This document shows positions 1 to 12,429 of a stretch of 64,000 nucleotides of DNA, piece after piece (positions within the stretch are counted from its first letter, which is position 1; each line of letters starts with the position of its first letter). This stretch comes from Seison nebaliae. Lineage: Eukaryota. The stretch lies in assembly GCA_023231475.1 (NCBI GenBank), contig JALJEE010000525.1:1-64000 (forward strand), in the 5' to 3' direction. The notes beneath the pieces were generated by a model. It was not told the origin of the DNA and ran no database searches. It saw nothing but the letters and a program-made list of their open reading frames with translations. Position numbers and translations under genes: made by a program.

Positions 1-740
1 GTTTTTAATTTGATCTCTATTACCGGTGTATTTTCGTGATTCAGTATTCTACCTCCAAATGACTGGATCGACATCTTAATATCTTTTCGATTTCTTTACC
101 GAGTGAAATTTGAGATGCATATTCGCTAATAAATGATTTAAGACATCCCAGCATCATCCGAATTGTTCTTTTATATGTATGATCAAGACAACGTAATGAC
201 TTTTCGATATTCGACATTTAAACTGGAAATCCATAAAACTCACAACAGTAACACACAAACAATTTCAATTTTAATTTAAGCGAAAATAACTTGTAACGAT
301 GATGGAATGAGTAGGACCGTCTAAGGAATTTACATCTTACTCTATCTAGTAACGTTGCACTTCTTTTCTTCGAGTCAATCTGACAACCAAGGAAACGCAC
401 TTCTTTAATCACTAATTTTTCTAAATCATACCTAATTGGAAATTTTGAGATGTTCGAGAGAATGAACGACTTACTCTCATTACATTCGATTGCTACTTCT
501 AATAAGCGGTTACTAATGAAATTGATAATCTTTTTACATTGTCGAACATTATTTCTGCAAATGAGAATGTCATCTGCATATGTAATGACTGCAGGAAAGA
601 ATTGCGAACCGATTCTAAATGAAAATACTCTATTTGATTTAGTAAGTATTGGATCAATCACTTTCGCATGGGATCTTTGCAAAGATCCAAGGAGCGAAAA
701 TCCATCCTTGCCTCACTCCTTTATTTATGAGATTAGTTAA
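1..740 (-). mobile_element. Degenerate non-LTR retrotransposon (LINE) reverse transcriptase fragment
   Basis: Minus strand reads KGVRQGWIFAPWIF, then after a frameshift ITYADDILI...VRFLG...FYGFPV, then a stop followed by MSNIEKSLRCLDHTYKRTIRMMLG. These are LINE RT motifs (GVRQG, YADD, FLG). Frameshift plus in-frame stop indicate an inactive copy. Confidence 0.85.
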
Positions 741-1326
741 TAAGTTAAACGAATATGTTTTCATCAGTTCCTTCACACTTTGACGACATCATCAATAAGT
801 ACATGTTTTTCTTTATTGGATTGGTTATGATTTAGACTAGAGAATTTAAATAAAATCTATGTATATAACTTAGTGTATGTAAATATTAGTCTGTATACAT
901 CAATATATTAGGGAAAAAGTAGCCTAGGAAAGTACCTTAAATATCCATTAAGAATCCAATTTTGTTTTAAACTTACAGTCTACATTATTTTTAGGATATG
1001 CATGATTTTTTTCCTTGTAAGATTCTTTTTACATTTAGTTCTTTCCTCAAGATGAACAGATAGAATTGTTCAATTAATTTCAAGTTGATCATGTTAACCA
1101 ATCTTGCAAGTGTCGCGGTTACTTATCAACAAATTTATAAGCAGTGTATAAACCAGTGTGAATGATGAAGAATTCTGATGATAAATAGTTCCAGTTAACA
1201 TTGAAATATGTTTTCCTTTTCATTTATAATTTATAGAGAATTTATTATGAGATAAGAATAATTTAAATTAAAATCCAAATACAATAGAAGAAATTTAAAA
1301 CAAAAAAAAATTGGGGATTTCAAATT

Positions 1327-4300
1327 TTACCAGAATATTGACGAAGTGCCGATGTCGTTCGATGTGAGACAATGATTAAATGGTAGAATAGGAGAAGTCA
1401 TTTCATTTTGGATGCTCAATTTATAATACTCATTTGCTTCCTCCTCCTTTCCCTCCACCATCAAAATATCGCCCATGATTTCTCTGTAGGAAGAAGTTGA
1501 AGTGAAATAAGAAATCGAACATATACTAACAGACTGTGATAATCGTGTGAGTCGATGATTAAGGCATCTTGAATTAATTTTGATGCTATATTTGTACTTC
1601 GAGCTACTCCAATTCTTGTCCATTTATCACACAGCTGATTGCCACATTCATCAAATGCTTCATTAATTTCATGAATTTCCGTCTGTATTTGATGAAGGAG
1701 AACTGCAGGTTTGGAGATCTGAGCTAAATGTTTCGCATAGAATTGGAGAGTGGGCACATGTTTCGGATTGAGTGAGAGTGAAGATTTTGCGTATTCTCCA
1801 ACGATATCGAAGAGAGATTGAACACAATTCTTTTGATTCTCATCGTCGTGAGTGAAAGTGACGTGCATTTGTCGTAGAATCTCTTCATATAAATATTCGT
1901 TAAGTAATTTAGCTCGTGCTAGAAGGAATTGATAACTGAATGGTTGATATCGTTGAATTTCAGCTAAAGTCGCTTTAGCTTGATCTAATTTCCCATGTTC
2001 AATGAATAAATCACAATAATAATAAAGAATGGCGAGAAGTTGTTCCACCGATCCATTTAACGATTTTTGATTCTTATGATTCATCAACACAAACGTCAAA
2101 TTTTCTAACGGTTTCTCTGGCGATTGTCCCACAAAATTGTAGGGACTCGTTTCCACTGGTAACGGACTATCGGAGAATGATGATTGCTCATATTCCATAG
2201 AACCGAATGTCAAAAATGAAAATAAATCTTCCATTTGGACCGTCGCCTCCCAATGATCAGCTTTGGCGATTGGCAAAGCTGTTTGACATTCACGACCAGA
2301 ACCGGCAGCTGACGGAAAATATTTCGTTTTCGGATTGGCAATTCCTTGACCGAAATGACGAGGAAGACTAAGACTTCTGGATGAATGATTGGGAAGTGAT
2401 TGAAGATGGAAATAAGATTCTTTCTCTTCATTCGCCACATTCTTCCGATATCGAATCGTCGAATGTTTCAATGAATTGTGATTAAGTCTACGATTTTTGG
2501 TTCCGTGAGAAAAGGATCGTGAACGAACAGTTAAATTATTCCGTCCATGATGTTCATTCCAAATGAGTAACATCTGATGTGTGGTATCGATGGAATTATC
2601 AATATTTAAAATTTTCTCTTCAATTTTCGCTTTCGTATAAAGAAGATTTATATCGTTCTCAGCTGAAAATTCTTTAATAAGAGAATTAAGTGTACGATAA
2701 GCTTCTTCATATTTCTTCTGACCCGTCAATAACAACACATATAAATGGAGAGATTTCATTGAGTATTTTGAATAATTGAATGAAATCATCAACATGTTGA
2801 CAGCTTGTTTCAATTTGCGTTGATGTGCCAATACGAGTGCATGATAGAAATAAATATTAGCATCATTCGGATCGATATCAACAGCATATTGGAATTTATC
2901 GATAGCAGAATTGAACATCGAATTTCGATCTGTTTCACTGAAGCTTACAAAAGCTTTCAAATAAAGAACGATTCCATATAGAAGATAACCACGAAAAAAT
3001 GGTAAATTATTTCCATAATAATTAGGAATAACTTCAATATCTTTTTTATTATCCAATTCAAATGATCCCCCACTATTCACTATTTGATGTTTATAAAGAC
3101 TTATCGCTTCCTGTAACCAGTGAGTACTCTCGTTCAACCATCCGAAATCTTCGAACGCCATTCGTCCCAAATGAAGTAATATCTGCACATTACTCCTATC
3201 CATTTTATGACATTGTTTCAACATTAAATACGATCGTTGTCGTTCACCTGATGTATAGAGAATGAGTGAGAATTGATACCAAATATGGAAATTTTCGAAT
3301 GAGAATCTCATCGAATTCTCGAATGGCAAATAGAGTAATCGTGGCTGATTGTAACGGAGAGCGAAGATGGTCAATAAATTGAGAGAATCTTCAATTGCCG
3401 ATTGTGTCAGTCGGTGGACGGTTTTATTTGCTTCCGCTTCTTTTCGTATTTGACAAGCCTTTTAATAAATTAGAATTAATTAAATTAAAATTAAATTAAA
3501 ATTAAGTAATTAAATTAAAACGAGTTCGTGACTGATGTACAAAACTAGGATTGTTTCTTCTTCGTCCGATATCGGAGTGAACGCGCTAAATAAATGGACG
3601 AGAATTAATTTAAATTTTAAGAATTTCATTTTTTTTTTGACAATGGAAATATTCCTGAAAAAAGAGAGTGAAACTATTGTGGTATTGTGGATTTTGAGGA
3701 GAAAAGTTCCGCTAAGACAGAAAGTGTGTTAACACAAATTTGATGAATTCATTCAAATGAATTCGTTAGTGACAATTTGAGGTCAACGACCGATGACGGT
3801 GCTCTGAAGGAAGAAGATGATCAATAGACGACAGTGCCTGTACAGAAACTTCACTCACTTCGACAACGGAAGTAATTTTAGGATTGTCAAATGGAACGAT
3901 TTCGGTAATTTCAATCGTTTTATTCTATATTTCGATTGACTATTCGGTATCATTTTCAAATCGGACGGTAAACGATGAATCTCCGAATAACAAGTCGACG
4001 GTAACGCCCGTTTCTTCAATTGACGTGAGAGAGACGAACTGTGAGAAAGACGTGACATTGACGAGGAACACGAACGTCTTTTCCGCATATACTTTCGACT
4101 TCGTTTCAAATTTCTCAACGACTCCTCCAATTTGTTCGCCAGATATTCTTTTTCGTGTGTCAGTTCCGTTTCGAATGATAACGAATCGATAACTTTCTCC
4201 CGATAATTATTTATTCGTAAATTCGTTTCATCAACTGACGCGGCAGATCTTTTGAATTTTTTTCTTTTATTTAAATTTAAATTATTTTTCAAAAAATCTC

Positions 4301-5849
4301 TATCGTCGTCATTGTCGTTGTCGTGATCGATATCGACAACCACCGAACTATATGATAATTGTCGTGTAGCTTTTCGATCGGATTGTTTCTTTAACGCTTT
4401 ATGGAATTGTCGCGGTTGAGACGGGAGAATATTTCTTCCATTCAACAAACTCTTTTCTTTGTCACGTCCGAAAGACGACGGATGTTCATCATCCAATTTA
4501 TTATTCTTTTTTCTCTCGATGAAATTTTTGGATACTAACTCGGATTTAATGCTGCATGAATCAGCGATCGGACACATTTTCTTATTCGTTTCATCTGAAT
4601 TTGAATTTTGAATATCTGACGCTCCTTTCAACATCAATTGAGACAATTGGAAAGCCAAAATTTGTCGTAAATGTTTCGTTGCATTAATCGGTTTCAATTG
4701 AAGATGATAACGGAAATTACCAATCGCTTTCTTCAACTCTTTATTTTCGATGGAGAAAGTGGATGCTGTATGAATTCCCCATTCGATAAATACTCCGATT
4801 TCCGCTTTCTTCAATATAACATCATTGACGAACGGTAAAAGAAATTCTTTATTATAATTATATTTTGAAAGAATATCTCGAAAACTATGAAAAAAATCGA
4901 TAAATTCTCTCACTTCTTCATCACTTTTTGATGATTTTATATAATTTCCATCATGTTCTTGGAAATATGTGTCGATATCAGAAATTACTTTACTTTGTGG
5001 CATTTCATTCCGATTCGTCGCCGTATGATAAGTAAGAATATAAATGAAATAAAATCCCAAATCAGAAACACAATTGAAAAGAAGATGAAGAAATTTCATT
5101 AGACGAATCTTCTCACGTTGATGATCTTCATGAGACTTCTTATGATGATGATGAATTTCATAATTCTCATCCGAATTTAATTCATTACTTTTCTGCTTCT
5201 TTTTATGATGGGAATGATGAGAGTGATGGTCGCCACGTTTCGAATGATAATTATGTTGGAAACTATTCAAATTGGAAACAGTTCGATCGAGTGGAACATT
5301 TGTCATTTTTTTCTTCGTAATATCATCCAATCGTCTCATCATGACACAAGTACGACAAATAATCGATTCGATGATCAATTGTAATTCTCTCATTCCACTC
5401 AATGTTTTTCGATGATGATGGAAATCCTTCTCAAATCGATCGATCAAATTCAAAACTTCTTCGTCATCTTTCTTCAATAAACTCGATTTTATACACAACA
5501 ACATTACTTGTGACTTGATCACTTTCAATTTCTCCATTTCTACCGTCTCTTTTAAAACCGTCGTCCGATTCATCATATTTGTTACACTCTGCAATAATCG
5601 ATCAATCGAATTATCCAAAACTAATAATTCATCTCTTTTTTTATTAATGATTTCCAAATCATTCGTTATGTTCAATGAAATAAATTGTTCCAATTCACTC
5701 TCCAAATGAATCATCGACGAAAGACAATCGTCGATGGAATTCGGTTTCATTATCATCTTCTTCATCGAACCCAATCGACTCCATTCGCATTCGAGACGAC
5801 ATCTCTCAATCTCAATCTCTCCCTTACTCAAATTCTTTTGATTTGTCAT
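1327..5849 (-). CDS. TTC7: Tetratricopeptide repeat protein 7 (TTC7/Ypp1, PI4KA complex scaffold), multi-exon
   Basis: N-terminal EIERCRLECEWSRL, then AFTPISDEEETILVLY, FENFHIWYQFSLIL, TPR repeats, and C-terminal EMTSPILPF reached via an intron near 1475-1521. Exon structure at 3586-3950 is unresolved. Confidence 0.85.
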
Positions 5850-6349
5850 TCTTTTTCATCGATATTAATCAGTTCAAACCCGTAGCAACCAATTATTGGT
5901 CAATTATAAAATTTTCATTCAAAAATTTTTTTTTCAATAATTTCATCAAACCACTCAATTCATCGGAATTTAATGAGCTTCACATTCATATCTTATTTCT
6001 TCTTCGATTTTTTATTAATTATTAATATTGAAATGTCTTTCATGGAATTGTCGCCATGATAATTATAAAAAGTTTCTGATAATCAATTTCTAGAATTGTT
6101 CGTAAATTTAACGGTTTTCCAACGATAATCATTCTTGTTGTGTAAATAATGGAAATTCAAGGAAAATTATTGTCTGTTGTATATATAGAATTTATTTCTA
6201 CGTATTATATTTATTCTCCAAAAAACATCCTTCTCGATTATTAAACCATCAAAGCGGAAATTCGAATAATTTCGGGCAAGAAAGTTTCCGTTGATACTTC
6301 TCCTTATTTGTTTATAGTTTCAAGGTAAAAAAAGATTTAAAATGGAGAA

Positions 6350-6372
6350 TGAGAGAGAGAGAGAGAGAGAGA
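6350..6372. repeat. (GA)n microsatellite
   Basis: Run of GA dinucleotides. Confidence 0.9.
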
Positions 6373-6506
6373 AATGTTTACTTAATTTCAAATTAAAGTC
6401 AAATAAATAAAAAGAAAATTTCATCTGTTTATCGAAATGAATTTACAGGTGGAAAATTAGAATGAAAACGAAAAGATGAAGAATGAGATGAAGGTAGGGA
6501 TGAGAT

Positions 6507-8777
6507 TCAGAATTTAGGATATTGTTTCTTCGAATTCTCCACAATCTTCACGAACAATTTCGGTGATGGAAAGAATGGTTTGTGGGAGATGGACGATCTC
6601 CCGCAAAATTTCGGTATTCGCAGATAGAATTGAAAGAATGGTTCCGGATGAATAGCGATCAACAATTTCTTCAAAATAATATTGATGTCCTCCGCTTTTA
6701 CGAGTCGATTGATGGGCAAATAAATGACATGATCCATAATGAAATCGGAGGAGAAAACGGAATTATTTTCTTCTGAATTCAAAAAAGAATTTTCGATTAA
6801 TTGTTCGATGAAACAATCGAACGTTGTTGAGTTTCTTAATTGATTGGGAATATCTACTTTCTTTTTCTCATTTCCATTTGATTGATGATTTTTGGTGAGA
6901 TATCGAGATCGTCTTTCAGCATTAGATTTTAACGGTTGAATAGTAGATTGATAACGACATGATGATTCCATATTATTCTTATAACAATGACAATTGATGG
7001 ATTGACAAAGACGTCGATTGAGATGTGAAGTAAAATTGTCGTTATTTGTGATAATTGTATGGAGACTATTCAATTGAGTAGCGCCAATATATGTATCAAT
7101 TCCGATGGAATAAAGACGATATAATAATCGCTGTGGATTCACCACCACACACGGATAAAGCCAACAATAAATATTTTTCTTATTATTCTCATTTAATTTC
7201 TGGAGATTATGACAAAATGAAATCGATTTTAAATTAAGTAATTGATTAATTGAACCGGGTGGAAGACATTTAGATTGGAAAAGAGAAATATCGAAATAAT
7301 TTTCCGTCTCTTCTAATACATCTTTGGGAATAATTTCTAATAATTTCTTCGTAATAATTTTCAAATTTTTTGTTGTTGTTGTTTGATTGAATTGAACGAA
7401 GAACAATAAACATTCGTTAATAATCGATCGATGATTGATGGGAGATAATCGATTAATTTTATCATTTACAATTGTCAAATGTTCGAGAAGATGTCGAGTG
7501 AAACGATGAATAATATGGAATTGTTTGTGATGGAATGAATTATAATCGAATTGATTGAAACGTTCGATCATCCAACTCAATTGGAAATTAGAATATTTTA
7601 TTCGAATTTGTTCTAGAAATTTGAGTCGTTCATCAGTCGTAGTCAATTTAGAGAAATCGAACGATCTCAATTTACTTACCACAATTTGAGAGTGATCGAT
7701 ATTAAGTGAATCGGAAATGAGATTAGCTTTATGGATGAAAGTTGAATTATTGAGAACTTGATAAATGAGAAAATATTTGAAATATTTCCAAAATAATTGA
7801 GTGGATGTTTGAACTCGATTCTCTTCTACTCCATCATGAATGTAATCATAAATTCTCTTATCTTTAATGAATGCGACACCTCCTCCGAATGTCGTACAAA
7901 ATTTTATAATTCCAAAACTATAAAGTGAAATATCAGGAATCATTTCATTCCGATCATGTAACCAGGAATATTCGAACAGATCATTAAAACCATGGAATCC
8001 TTCCGCCACATCTTCAATAATATGGAACGAATAGAGTTTGGAGAGTTGATGGAATCGTTTCCACCACATTCCAGCCATTCCCATAATCTTCCCATAAATA
8101 TGTGCCACCAATACATATTTCACCGGTCTCTTCAACGTATCACGAGCATGATGTAAAAGTGAAATTAGATGATAAAGTGACGGAGTTAATGTCAACATAT
8201 CCATTTGCCATGATAAAATGTTTAATTCATGTGCACGACCAATATGACTCATCATAGGAATGTTGATGGATGTCATGACACAAGAATAATTTTTATTTTC
8301 AAAATTTTCAATTGACGATTGAGATGAGAAATAAGCATCCAATCCTGTACGAACGGAATATAAGGGATAAACATATCCATTCCTTACCAATCGACAATGA
8401 TCAGCGATTTGACGCACATAATTCAATCGGACCAATTCCTCCTCCTTCACCAATTGCACCACAAAATTGAAATTGAAGAATTTTAATAAGAATTTCAATT
8501 GTTGTCGAAAACAAACGAAATTCTTCAACAAATAATAGAAAACTTTGAAGAAATCGAATTGGGAACAATCTGAATTTAAGATAAATGAAAATTCAATTTA
8601 AAAAAAATCATAATTAAAGACAATTTACTTTTTCAAATAAAGAAATGAGTAACCGATAAAAACACTTTTGTAGATGATAGAACATATCCGCTTCTCGGAG
8701 AACCATTTATATCTGGAATTGATAGCGATCTCTATCACATTCTGTTCTTTCTCCTCCATTTCTTCAAATTTTGCCAT
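6507..8777 (-). CDS. DegT/DnrJ/EryC1/StrS-like PLP-dependent aminotransferase family protein
   Basis: Motifs VLVAHIYG, HIIEDVAEGF and DISLYSFGIIKFCTTFGGG (putative PLP lysine). Upstream exon MAKFEEMEEK...FI joins DCSQFDF through an intron with a GTTACT donor. Confidence 0.75.
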
Positions 8778-9872
8778 CCAATTTCCAATTTTCTTCAATT
8801 TCTCATTCCAAATTTTAGTCTTTCAAATTTCTCCCACAATTCCCGTAATCTTTCATTCGGAAATTTTTCTAAGCTATTCATTTGAGACGTCACATTTAAT
8901 TTATTTTATTCTTTATGTCACTGCTCACTTACTCTTTCTCTCTCTCCCTCTCTTGTCGATAGAAAACTGAGCTCTTCCTAACACTTAATTAAATGTCAAT
9001 TAATTTCCCTTCACCATTTATACGTAAGAGATAAATATCGATTGTGTCAAATAAAATGAAAGTAGAATAATATTATTCTCTGTTTATATGTGATTTAATA
9101 TCGATAAAACTTCCTTATTTGTGAGTTTAATTTGCATAATTATCTAACTTATAGTTATAATATTGATTCAGTCGTTCCTTTCATTATTGGGAAGAAATAT
9201 AAATTAATTAATTGAAATTTTATTAAATATTTACCAATTCGACGTTTACAAGTTCAAGTACGATTGTGATGACTAAATTAGACTACTTAAATAGTGAGAT
9301 AGATTGAGATTATTTTAATAAAAAATTAATTACCTTCCAAAATCACAAAACAACTCACTGTACTTTCTACAAATTATGAACAACCAATTTTCTATCAATC
9401 TCAATTTCATCTCCTTCTACTCCATAAAAAAAAATATATATATATTCTCCTTCTTCTTCATTTCATATCTACCTCACTATATATATATATATAAATCTTT
9501 TAAAATATATTAGAACTTAAATAAAATCGTTCAATAACAAATTATAATTTTAAATAGAATGATTTATCGTTCATGAAATGAAGGTAATTAATTTTAATTG
9601 GAATTTATGTTACAAAAATTAAATATGTTATTATAATTATTTCAGATTAATAAATTTTTGATGACATTCCGTAAGCTTAAAATTCAAATTTTTAAAAATC
9701 AGAAAACTATCTGAAATTGAATCAGAGAAAATAATTTGGAATTTGGTACATGAACCAGTTCAAAATACATATACCCGTTGTACAATATTAATTTTCTCTT
9801 CATAATTTTAGTTTAAGAAAAAAGACAGTTTAGTTTATTAATAAAAATTTTATCGTTGTATATCATTCGAGA

Positions 9873-12248
9873 ATGCAGTCGAATCTCCGCGATTATTCGA
9901 GTGATGTTGATAAGTTACAGAGCTTCCTCCAACATTATTATCGTGAAGGAGGAAAAGAGAATTTGGGAGAAGGAAAACAATTTGTGTATGCAAATAAATT
10001 GTTAGATTTGGCACGTCGCGATGTCCAAACGATAATTATCGATTTGGATGATGTGAAGGAACATGATGTGGAATTGTTCGAACAAATCGAAAGGAATGCG
10101 AAGAGATATCGATCATTGATTGAGGGAGCGATCGATGATTTGCTTCCAAAATTGCGAACTGATGTTTTGGGGAATGCCGACATTCCCATCAAAGATACTC
10201 TCGATATTTACATTCAACATCGTCTCCAAATCGAGAAGGATGTTCGTGACGATATCATGTCGTCAGGAAGTGCTCTACCAGATGCAGTGAATGCAGATCC
10301 ACGACGGAAATTTCCTGCTCAATTATTAAGAAGATTCGAAGTGTTTTTTTCCATGGACAATTCATCGAAAAGTTTGACAGTTCGAAGTGTTCGTGCTCAT
10401 CATATCGGTCGTCTGATTAAGGTTCGAGGAGTAATTATTAGAGCGTCGGAAGTATCACCTTTAATTCAAGTGGCGACTTATACATGTGATCAATGTGGAG
10501 CGGAAACATATCAGCCAATAAGTGGAATGTCATTCAATCAATTAAGTGATTGTCCCTCCCAAGATTGTACGATGAATAAAAGTGGTGGGAAATTATTGTT
10601 ACAAACGAGAGGATCGAAATTTATTCGATTTCAAGAATTACGTCTTCAAGAATTATCAAATGATGTACCAGTGGGCGATGTGCCACAAAGTGTTGTGTTA
10701 CATTGTTCAGGCGACAACACTCGAATATGTCAACCAGGAGATCATGTGGAAATTACAGGAATTTATTTACCATCAGCACGACGAGCATATAATCCTAATC
10801 AAGGATTAATTGCTGATAGTTATATTGAAGTTCATATAATAAAGAAAGTGGAGAAAGCTGGTGACACGTACGATGAACGATTAATGACAGACGAAGAAGC
10901 TCAACAAATGGCCGATCGACCTGATCTTTATGAAACACTAGCGGCATCGATTTGTCCCGAAATTTATGGACATATCGATTTGAAAAAAGCGTTATTATTG
11001 GTATTGATTGGTGGAACGGTTTATAATCGTGGATCATCAGATAAAATGAAAATTCGAGGAAATGTCAATGTATGTCTTATGGGCGATCCTGGTGTTGCGA
11101 AATCGCAAATGTTAGATTTCGTCCATCGAATTAGTGAACGTGCACAATATACGACTGGTCGTGGATCATCAAGTGCAGGCTTAACGGCTTCCGTTATTAA
11201 AGATCCGAAAACGGGCGATTTCTCATTGGAAGGTGGAGCTCTGGTATTGGCCGACGGTGGAATTTGTTGTATTGATGAATTTGATAAAATGCAAGATCAG
11301 GATCGTGTAGCTATTCATGAAGTGATGGAACAACAAACAGTTTCGATAGCGAAAGCTGGTTTAATGATGAAATTGAATGCCAGATGTGCCATATTAGCTG
11401 CCGCTAATCCTGCATATGGTCGTTATAATCCAAATCGATCCATCGAAGCTAACATTGCAATGCCAGCATCGTTATTATCGAGATTCGATTTATTATTTCT
11501 CGTTCAAGATATTCCCAGTCGTGACAATGATTTACGATTAGCAAATCATATTTCTTATGTCCATCAACATCGAGAAGCACCGTCATCTAATAAAGGTAAT
11601 GGACGTCGTCAGAAAAATGTAGTGAATTCATTTGATATTGAAACTCTTAGAAAATATATCGCTTATGTGAGAAAACATTCAGCTAATGAAATACCAGTAT
11701 CAATTCCTGATGATTTATCCGAATTATTAGTAAATGCTTATGTAGAAATGAGAAGTCAAGCTAGAGATGGATTAACTACAGCGTCTTATGCTCAAAAAGC
11801 TAATTCTTATTTGTACACTTCACCGAGGAATTTGTTGGCACTTGTTCGAATGAGTACGGCATTAGCACGACTTCAATTACATAATAGTGTTTCACGCGAA
11901 GATGTTTTCGAAGCTATCCGATTAATGGAAGCGAGTAAAGACACGATAACTTCGGCACTTTCAAAATTACAAAATGCGAGAAATAAATCAAGAAATAATG
12001 TCACGAGTTATGTCGATCAAATTTATCGGAAATTGAGAGATATGTTAAAGAAGGAGGAAATGTTGAAAACGGAAGACGATGAGAATTTAGACGAAGAAAT
12101 CTCCATCTCGTTGGTTGATGCCAAACAAACAATTCTCAAATTGGGATACACTCTCCCTCAATTCAATGAAACGATCGAATGTTATGAACAATTGGGTATC
12201 TGGAATATGAACATCGCACACACAAGACTATGTCTCTTATGTAAATGA
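9873..12248 (+). CDS. MCM7: DNA replication licensing factor MCM7, intronless
   Basis: TYTCDQCGAETYQP zinc finger, GDPGVAKSQ Walker A, IDEFDKM Walker B, SRFD arginine finger, AYGRYNP. Confidence 0.97.
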   Translation: MQSNLRDYSSDVDKLQSFLQHYYREGGKENLGEGKQFVYANKLLDLARRDVQTIIIDLDDVKEHDVELFEQIERNAKRYRSLIEGAIDDLLPKLRTDVLGNADIPIKDTLDIYIQHRLQIEKDVRDDIMSSGSALPDAVNADPRRKFPAQLLRRFEVFFSMDNSSKSLTVRSVRAHHIGRLIKVRGVIIRASEVSPLIQVATYTCDQCGAETYQPISGMSFNQLSDCPSQDCTMNKSGGKLLLQTRGSKFIRFQELRLQELSNDVPVGDVPQSVVLHCSGDNTRICQPGDHVEITGIYLPSARRAYNPNQGLIADSYIEVHIIKKVEKAGDTYDERLMTDEEAQQMADRPDLYETLAASICPEIYGHIDLKKALLLVLIGGTVYNRGSSDKMKIRGNVNVCLMGDPGVAKSQMLDFVHRISERAQYTTGRGSSSAGLTASVIKDPKTGDFSLEGGALVLADGGICCIDEFDKMQDQDRVAIHEVMEQQTVSIAKAGLMMKLNARCAILAAANPAYGRYNPNRSIEANIAMPASLLSRFDLLFLVQDIPSRDNDLRLANHISYVHQHREAPSSNKGNGRRQKNVVNSFDIETLRKYIAYVRKHSANEIPVSIPDDLSELLVNAYVEMRSQARDGLTTASYAQKANSYLYTSPRNLLALVRMSTALARLQLHNSVSREDVFEAIRLMEASKDTITSALSKLQNARNKSRNNVTSYVDQIYRKLRDMLKKEEMLKTEDDENLDEEISISLVDAKQTILKLGYTLPQFNETIECYEQLGIWNMNIAHTRLCLLCK

Positions 12249-12429
12249 AGTGAAAATGTGAATAATTTGAAATCTTCTTAACGAATAACAACTTTTCTTT
12301 TTTGTGAATAATAAACTGAATACTGATTATCATCATTTTTGAATATCATCATTTACCGACGAAAATTTCTACTTTAAATATTCAAATGAAATTTTCTTTT
12401 CTCCAAATTTTTCTCTTGTTTCTATAAAA

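Noticed and set aside
3884..4020. Alternative minus-strand frame with in-frame TAG codons, suggesting stop-codon reassignment
   Set aside because: All well-conserved genes read with the standard code, and TAG ends HSF. The frame ambiguity is explained by unresolved introns.
9938..11037. Short antisense and off-frame ORFs inside MCM7, and similar ones inside other genes
   Set aside because: Shadows of real coding sequence with no recognisable motifs.
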